DNA of 64,000 nt. Source: a virus. The notes beneath the pieces are model-generated. The model did not search any database. It saw nothing but the letters and a program-made list of their open reading frames with translations, and had not been told where the DNA came from. Each line of letters opens with the position of its first letter. Position 1 is the first letter of the stretch. The position numbers and the translations under genes are program-made. The stretch covers positions 1-64,000 of the IMG/VR virus record IMGVR_UViG_3300035698_031678; one strand, written 5' to 3'. Below, piece by piece: positions 59,301 through 64,000 of the stretch.

Positions 59301-60389
59301 AGTTTCGTCTAAACGATCATATTCATCATTGAAGTTTAAGCCATACTTTTTGTAAAATAGATCGTATGACTCTTCATTTCTTTCTTCCTGACCATCAAAT
59401 TCATCAGGATCTACCCCATCTAATAAAGGTAAGTATGCATCTTCTAGGTCTGAAATACTGTTAAAAGTCTTTTTAGACTCGAAAAGGTTGGTAATTCTGT
59501 TTTCTTTTAGCTCACCAAGTATAAGAACGGTTTTTTTAGAAGATCTTGATTCTGATAACCTTTGAGCAGCGAAAACGTTTCTGTTTATTAGTTTATTTTT
59601 TAAAATTTTAACAGCAGATTCATTTAAATTAAGAAGATTGTCTTCATATTTGTCTAGTATGGCAGCTTTGATTTCTTCTTCTGAACCTGAATCGTCAAGA
59701 CCCATTTCAGCAGCCATAACTTCAATTTCAAACAGGTTTAAAGACTCTAAGTGTCTTTTAAGGCTATCAGGATCTTTGAACTTTGATTCATTTAAACCTA
59801 GAAATTCTTTTCCTTTTTTAGATATGGCATATTGCTCTATACCCATCACTGTATTGTTCATGATAAAGTCTTTACTTTGGGCTTTGTCAATCAGTTCTTT
59901 TGGAAATTCTCTATTAATTTTAGACTGGAATATTCTATCATCAACATTATCTGGTGTGATTGCGTGGAGAAGTTTAATAAGGTCTTTGTCCGAATCAGCA
60001 GATTCATTTAAGTCCATAAATTCTTTCCCCATCATGGATATAGCATATTGTTCTATGCCCATCACTTTATTGTTCATGATAAAGTCTCTACTTTGGGCTT
60101 TATCTATAAGTTCTTTTGGAAATTCTATGTCAATTTTAGATTTAAATATTCTATCATCAACATCATTTGGAGTAATTGCGTGAAGAAGTTTGATCATGTT
60201 TTTGTCTGAATCATTCGATTCGTTTAAACCGCCTACGCCTTTTATACCTTTTTCTTTTAAAAAGAATTTAATCTCTTCTTCAGCATCTTCTTTAGACATT
60301 ATAGAAATTTCATCTTGTATCAACATCCATTCATCAAATAATCGAGGATAATTGTTAGCTATGTCTAAGTTTATGAGTTCTATATTCAT
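56316..60389 (-). CDS. LNES-punctuated multidomain protein with a Nudix hydrolase domain
   Basis: Nudix box GGKVMTGETSIEGCIRECKEEVGL; more than a dozen L/M/I-x-E-S/A motifs; 72-aa tandem duplication; C-terminal coiled coil. Confidence 0.75.
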   Translation of the reverse strand: MNIELINLDIANNYPRLFDEWMLIQDEISIMSKEDAEEEIKFFLKEKGIKGVGGLNESNDSDKNMIKLLHAITPNDVDDRIFKSKIDIEFPKELIDKAQSRDFIMNNKVMGIEQYAISMMGKEFMDLNESADSDKDLIKLLHAITPDNVDDRIFQSKINREFPKELIDKAQSKDFIMNNTVMGIEQYAISKKGKEFLGLNESKFKDPDSLKRHLESLNLFEIEVMAAEMGLDDSGSEEEIKAAILDKYEDNLLNLNESAVKILKNKLINRNVFAAQRLSESRSSKKTVLILGELKENRITNLFESKKTFNSISDLEDAYLPLLDGVDPDEFDGQEERNEESYDLFYKKYGLNFNDEYDRLDETDGAAAGAMANRGNAVGYGELLESRNSKNNHEEFFSSVFSNSTLNSKSTLKSLYVEHLSNGLGINEILETFRVPFLNYQKNLPESMDDWYGKKSVGFDGHKNSFKKVIEDQIKDVEKIISKNLTKAQDLVKSNINGLKDKIGNTSETGNVNGELVNDSSKVNLVYRFDIDIKKSENYNTPYGERFFSTKLGKEIKNEIKVWAKKLNLLVKGYYVFSLKDGVLKFDLTLANTLNMSESKSFKEWNIDPVNPPLNLDVNSKMVGTKSKIRAGDLVGHSDHPNTLFTVKSVDENLVTTKSGSVYMTDYLFKVKSDLSDIDESFTKIYNGTIVSYHTLEEYALIKENQEEFIDFVINTLEIVDPICIFALDDSESKLETVEEINKHFNFNITSFKTPPQKIGNNEVVRVGKIGDVSCVFKMNEGRPINIWLDEEELSKIVKGNLNESKFTQTSNTQGDSGKDVTIKDESGREFYFKIRSQSSSKFDLHPYEGGKIGQVIKENVGIKEGLNYAKKHAKDLSEAALEMGIDSPMQIYADMIVRDQQGKYLLMQRSSESDFEPSKWGFPGGKVMTGETSIEGCIRECKEEVGLDIINPVRVGEYANDEGSISNYFMGEITTQETEYTDDEVQDHAWIDKEELANYPLIYDNIERFYGILVECEKLEAFKYDSDDSLVSHLNEAIAKRNPNGSNIKLTRKSKNSYQFTNLYESFFDREIALIKTVLFESNCTDVVIEEDKDMLNANFGHEISEELYEDNRVTMKKEGEDYFLFDNDGLHLERFDSKEEMDLDIKTNGYNLVKSLDESNSSDRTVTFNSASDADNFMGDIIETGILSTEVEKSEGDRKKLVFKNVSDSDMDKIKEVLETMNVKHNVSDAMNESALDEKIKSLKDNKKTVSGDQNLDKDTKQSELDKIDSELESLQDQKSKESEANILSKIKEQRNRIAEKEEEISRTEDVDVKLKLENQIKAHKEKIKGFEEDISKNLNKAADDATSAIDDFLK
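59796..60227 (-). repeat. Two tandem 216-bp (72-aa) units, each starting with LNES
   Basis: Units 60012-60227 and 59796-60011 are highly similar (IKLLHAITP..VDDRIF.SKI..EFPKELIDKAQS.DFIMNN.VMGIEQYAIS..GKEF). Confidence 0.95.
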
Positions 60390-60390
60390 C

Positions 60391-61137
60391 TTAAAGGTTA
60401 ATTTTTGTAAATTTGTTATTACCAGATCTAAAGATAAGTGTTTTACCTTCGTTTACTTTAATGGATTGTTTAGATTGCAAAACTTTCATTTTAGCAACGC
60501 TAATGCTTTCTAATAATGCTGACATGTTAACTGGGTCTCTCCTTATACTGCTCATTAGAACTCTACCCATCATACTCTTCTCTCCATTTTTAACAGCATC
60601 CTGGTAAATGGTTTCTCTCATAGTGTAATCGTAAGAGCTTGGATAATGTCCAGTAGATAAACCGTATAGTGCTAGTATACTATTCTCATCCATCTGATTA
60701 AAAACAGCATCTTTTATTTCTGAATTCTCTACTATGCCTTCGTTTAGTTGCATTTGAACCTCTCTCTGGTAAACAGGATAGTGCATCAAGCATTGAGTTG
60801 CTCTAGTTGTTACAACCAAATTCCAGGTTTCGCAATTTTCTGGGTCGAAGTTTGGACAAAGCATGTCCACAGAGTTGTGGAAATGAACTAGTGTGTCGTT
60901 TATTGCCCCTAATAATTTGTCTGACATAAGATCTATCTCAAAACTAGCGTAGTTGGATATAAACTTTAATACAGAATCTACACTTGCAAATTTAGAATTT
61001 ATCAAGTGTCCTAAATTAGCATAACATTCTTCTGTTATCTTATCAGTTTTTTCGTAAACTCTTAAGGATTTAGGATCAAGATTTAATAAAAATATTTCCT
61101 CACCAAAAGAATTAATAATAGAGGTAACATCTACCAT
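60391..61137 (-). CDS. Hypothetical late protein
   Basis: 248 aa; LNEG/LLES/VNEG motifs; AATAAATA upstream. Confidence 0.55.
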   Translation of the reverse strand: MVDVTSIINSFGEEIFLLNLDPKSLRVYEKTDKITEECYANLGHLINSKFASVDSVLKFISNYASFEIDLMSDKLLGAINDTLVHFHNSVDMLCPNFDPENCETWNLVVTTRATQCLMHYPVYQREVQMQLNEGIVENSEIKDAVFNQMDENSILALYGLSTGHYPSSYDYTMRETIYQDAVKNGEKSMMGRVLMSSIRRDPVNMSALLESISVAKMKVLQSKQSIKVNEGKTLIFRSGNNKFTKINL

Positions 61138-61153
61138 TGCGTTTTAATTTGGT

Positions 61154-61161
61154 TATTTATT
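61154..61161 (-). promoter_or_regulatory. Late-promoter-like motif AATAAATA
   Basis: About 17 nt upstream of ATG 61137 on the minus strand. Confidence 0.5.
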
Positions 61162-61171
61162 TAACAAAAAT

Positions 61172-62173
61172 TTATGACCTAGCATCTTTTTCCATTTCCA
61201 CCCTTCGTTCTTCTATATCCTCTCTAGTTAAGTCCTGGTTATCTTCTTTGTCCGAAGTGATGTTCTTAAGGTCGTTAAGTAGGGCAGTTCTATCTCTAGT
61301 CTTAAAAGTTTCTCCAACCATTTCATAATCAGCATTTTCTGGAAGTTCTTCTGATTTTTTAAGCATGATATTTATTTCATGTTGGTCTTTCACTTTGCTT
61401 AGGTCTTCTATAACATCTTTTAAGGTAGTAGAAATAAAGCTGTTTATTTCTAAAACTAATTTTTGTTGCTGAGTAAAGCTTTCGTAAGTAGTTTTAGTAC
61501 CTATTCCACTCATTATTTCGGTAAAATATTTCATTATAACTTGCTTGGTAAGGTTTAACTGAACAAACATTAATGATAAAGACTCTGCAGATATTTGTAT
61601 TCTTTGTTTTACGTAAGAATTTTCTGCTATTATTTCTTTAGTTAGGTAGTGGTCAGAAACAGAAACTAATAACATCCTAGCTTTAATGGTAGCTGTTTCA
61701 TACCTGTCAGAAAAGTAATCTTCCCAAGTTTCTAGTAACTCATCTATATCTGTTTCAGGCATATCGTCATCCCCATTGCCATCAAAGCCAGAACTTTTAG
61801 AAGAACCCAGACTAGCAAATGCTTCAGTCTCGGTTAGTTTCTTCTTAAGTTTTTTATTAGTTACTTCTCCACTATTGTGAGAACTTATAATGTCGTCTAT
61901 GTCTGAATTAGTACCATAGTACTTAGGAACAAGATCGTTTTTGTCTACTATCATAACTTTATAGAACTTTATTCTATTAACGTTTTGTTTCTTAAATTTC
62001 TTTGCAGACTCTATGCTAGGAAACTCTAAGACATACTTCATCATAGTACCGTTCTTAGGCTTCATACTTATTTTGTGGTATTCACTCTTAGGTAGTTTGT
62101 ATGGGTCAGATACGTTATAGTCTTCACCACTAATTACCAATTCTTCTCTATCACCTTCTATTTTTAAGTTCAT
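61172..62173 (-). CDS. Hypothetical protein; C-terminal half weakly resembles a T4-type small terminase
   Basis: Helical EIMSG...TYESFTQQQK...RTALLNDLK pattern; weak. Confidence 0.35.
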   Translation of the reverse strand: MNLKIEGDREELVISGEDYNVSDPYKLPKSEYHKISMKPKNGTMMKYVLEFPSIESAKKFKKQNVNRIKFYKVMIVDKNDLVPKYYGTNSDIDDIISSHNSGEVTNKKLKKKLTETEAFASLGSSKSSGFDGNGDDDMPETDIDELLETWEDYFSDRYETATIKARMLLVSVSDHYLTKEIIAENSYVKQRIQISAESLSLMFVQLNLTKQVIMKYFTEIMSGIGTKTTYESFTQQQKLVLEINSFISTTLKDVIEDLSKVKDQHEINIMLKKSEELPENADYEMVGETFKTRDRTALLNDLKNITSDKEDNQDLTREDIEERRVEMEKDARS

Positions 62174-62174
62174 T

Positions 62175-62843
62175 TTAGTTGGGGTTTTGTTTTATAAAAG
62201 CGCTGTGGGGTATATATTCCAAGATTCTTCTTATGTTTTTATCACTACCACCTGTATATCCTTCTCTCCAGTAGCTAATTTTTCTGTTTATCGTGGTAAG
62301 ATTAAGAATTCTATCAACTCTCATCATTCTCCAATAAGGCAAGTTTTCTGATTCTGATTCCGAATTAGCTCTTTTAAATCTAACACTCTTGTCTTTAACA
62401 GAATCTCTTATTACAAAACACCTTAGGTAAACATCTGATGAATGTTCTTTAGAAACAACACCATCAACCATATATCCTTTGCCCACCACATAAGGTTCTA
62501 CTAATCTAAATCCTTCAAATCCATCTTCATTTTGATAATACAAGCCTAAGTAAAATCTCTTCTTTATAGCAATCTTAATCTTTCTAAGGTGTAAATCTTC
62601 ACGTTCTGGTTTGTTTTTCACATACATAATACTTCTAGCAGACTCGCTTAAAGAAGTTATCTTTTTAAACTCGTTATCAAAGTGTATCTCTCTGAAATTA
62701 GTTTTTACTTGTTCGAATTCTCTTTTAGATATCTTATACCCGATTATTTTTTCTAGTTCAACCCAGGTTAACTTATCAAAGTCATCAAGTTGTTCTAAAA
62801 ATTTTTCAGGAATAGACTCTATAATCTTATTTGCATTGTTCAT
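62175..62843 (-). CDS. WYL-domain protein with possible N-terminal HTH
   Basis: LYY......RLVEPY..G...YLRCF...WRMMRVDRI is the WYL signature. Confidence 0.75.
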   Translation of the reverse strand: MNNANKIIESIPEKFLEQLDDFDKLTWVELEKIIGYKISKREFEQVKTNFREIHFDNEFKKITSLSESARSIMYVKNKPEREDLHLRKIKIAIKKRFYLGLYYQNEDGFEGFRLVEPYVVGKGYMVDGVVSKEHSSDVYLRCFVIRDSVKDKSVRFKRANSESESENLPYWRMMRVDRILNLTTINRKISYWREGYTGGSDKNIRRILEYIPHSAFIKQNPN

Positions 62844-63058
62844 CTTTCTATTTATCTTTTTGGTTGTAAAACATTTAATCTAAAGAAAAAATTCTGTAAA
62901 AATGTTGAGTTAAAAAATTTTGAAAAAAATAATGAAAAAAATATGGGTAAAAAATAAAAATGTTCTAAAAAAATTCTTCATTGTATCTATAAAATTTTGT
63001 TAATATAAACTGTAATCTAAAAACTCTCTCCATTGGTAGTCTGGTGGGGTTATGTTGC

Positions 63059-63098
63059 TATTATCTTTCCTTAATAGGGGTTTGTTCTTCGTCAGAAA
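63059..63098 (-). repeat. 40-bp non-coding element, copy 2 (inverted relative to 23557-23596)
   Basis: Exact reverse-complement match; similarity extends to about 55 bp with 4 mismatches. Confidence 0.95.
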
Positions 63099-63112
63099 GC
63101 CAGTTTGGGAAT

Positions 63113-63149
63113 AAAAAAAAGGCTGATAGAATTTTACACTATCAGCCTT
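63113..63149 (-). terminator. Intrinsic terminator downstream of gmk
   Basis: AAGGCTGATAG...CTATCAGCCTT stem with an A8 tract (U8 on the minus strand). Confidence 0.8.
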
Positions 63150-63206
63150 CCAAAAAACAACCTTATTATTTTGTTACGTAAACTTAATTTCCTTGATATA
63201 AGGATT

Positions 63207-63758
63207 TTAAGTATCTAGCCAAATTTTTTCTGATAAACTCTTTAAGTTGAATTTAGGGTCAGTTATTTCAACATCAAAATCCTTGAAATCCTTGAATTGC
63301 TCCCAATCTGTAGTCATTCTTTTCTCAACATTGTCAGCGTTTTCCCTTTGCGATAATCTTTCTTCTCTTACATTGTCGCTTATGTTAATATAGACAACTA
63401 TCAATTTACTATTCCTTAAATGCATTGGTAACCTGTTAACGCCAGCTGGAGTCATTATGAAAAGGTTAGATTTATTAAACTCTTCTTTAGTCGTTCCATA
63501 AACAAAACCGTTAGGAAAGTACTTGAATTGCATGAATTTATCTTCACTTATCATTTTTAACATCATGTTTTCTGTAACAAAATGATAGGTTTTTCCTCCT
63601 ACTTCACCAGTTCTTGGTGGTCTAGTAGTATAGCTTATTTCAGTAGTAATATCGTTCAGTTGACTTAGCAAGTTCTTAGCGTAATCTTTACCACTTCCAC
63701 CTTGCCCTACTAAGATTATCTTTTTGTCTCTTAGCCTATTATCTTGTTCCTTATTCAT
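63207..63758 (-). CDS. gmk: Guanylate kinase
   Basis: LVGQGGSGKD, SYTTRPPRTGEV.G..YHFV, YGT. Confidence 0.92.
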   Translation of the reverse strand: MNKEQDNRLRDKKIILVGQGGSGKDYAKNLLSQLNDITTEISYTTRPPRTGEVGGKTYHFVTENMMLKMISEDKFMQFKYFPNGFVYGTTKEEFNKSNLFIMTPAGVNRLPMHLRNSKLIVVYINISDNVREERLSQRENADNVEKRMTTDWEQFKDFKDFDVEITDPKFNLKSLSEKIWLDT

Positions 63759-64000
63759 TATGTTAATTTTAAATGCTTTATACTTAACAAATAAGCAAAT
63801 TTCAGCACTCCAGTTCCTTCTAACTCAATGTAGGTTACAAAATCATTTTCAGAAACCAATATCTTAGGTTCATCCATCATATCTTCTGAAGCCATTACAC
63901 ATATTATTCTATATCCGTTTTTGACCAACATGATAATTTCTTCGTTTTCGTCTATCCTTATATGGTCATTATATTCTTGAGTGTATAACCAAGCGTCATC
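63758..64000 (-). CDS. Partial hypothetical protein (start outside the window)
   Basis: 81 codons (including stop) open from the window edge (DDAWLYTQ...HLKLT*); stop overlaps the gmk ATG (TAATG). Confidence 0.6.
   Translation of the reverse strand, partial: DDAWLYTQEYNDHIRIDENEEIIMLVKNGYRIICVMASEDMMDEPKILVSENDFVTYIELEGTGVLKFAYLLSIKHLKLT

Noticed and set aside
23551-63104. Terminal inverted repeats of a transposon, or a CRISPR repeat
   Set aside because: No transposase seen; the enclosed DNA is core phage genes; only two isolated copies with no spacers
1-64000. Stop-codon reassignment, tRNA genes or CRISPR arrays
   Set aside because: Genes are full length and densely packed in code 11 with TAG and TGA used as stops; no cloverleaf or repeat-spacer array was recognised by eye

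Overview
A 64-kb segment of an AT-rich (roughly 30% GC by eye), T4-like jumbo myovirus genome in the standard genetic code. The general lack of Shine-Dalgarno motifs and the A-rich leaders suggest a Bacteroidota host (inference). It carries a nearly complete T4-type replisome (family-B polymerase, clamp, clamp loader, helicase, primase, SSB, gp46/47, UvsW, two RNase H types), a gp55-like late sigma factor with (A/G)ATAAATA late-promoter motifs, virion genes (sheath, neck, baseplate, terminase) and a GroEL with three GroES domains. Main finding: 28229-29587 has the diagnostic residues of PurZ (2-aminoadenine, Z-genome biosynthesis) rather than PurA. Scattered through the window are a MazG-like pyrophosphatase, a guanylate kinase, an atypical adenosine deaminase and a PolB with an altered motif A, and GGCC/CCGG appear depleted. 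Together these suggest a Z-DNA pathway in a PolB-based jumbo phage, unlike the compact purZ clusters of known small Z phages. Other highlights: a 1357-aa 'LNES'-punctuated putative polyprotein (duplicated wHTH-like units, a SAP-like unit, a Nudix domain), a 40-bp non-coding element repeated in inverted orientation 39.5 kb apart next to a frameshifted double-HTH gene, and a 15-bp hairpin covering the primase start codon. All calls come from reading motifs by eye; no searches were run.
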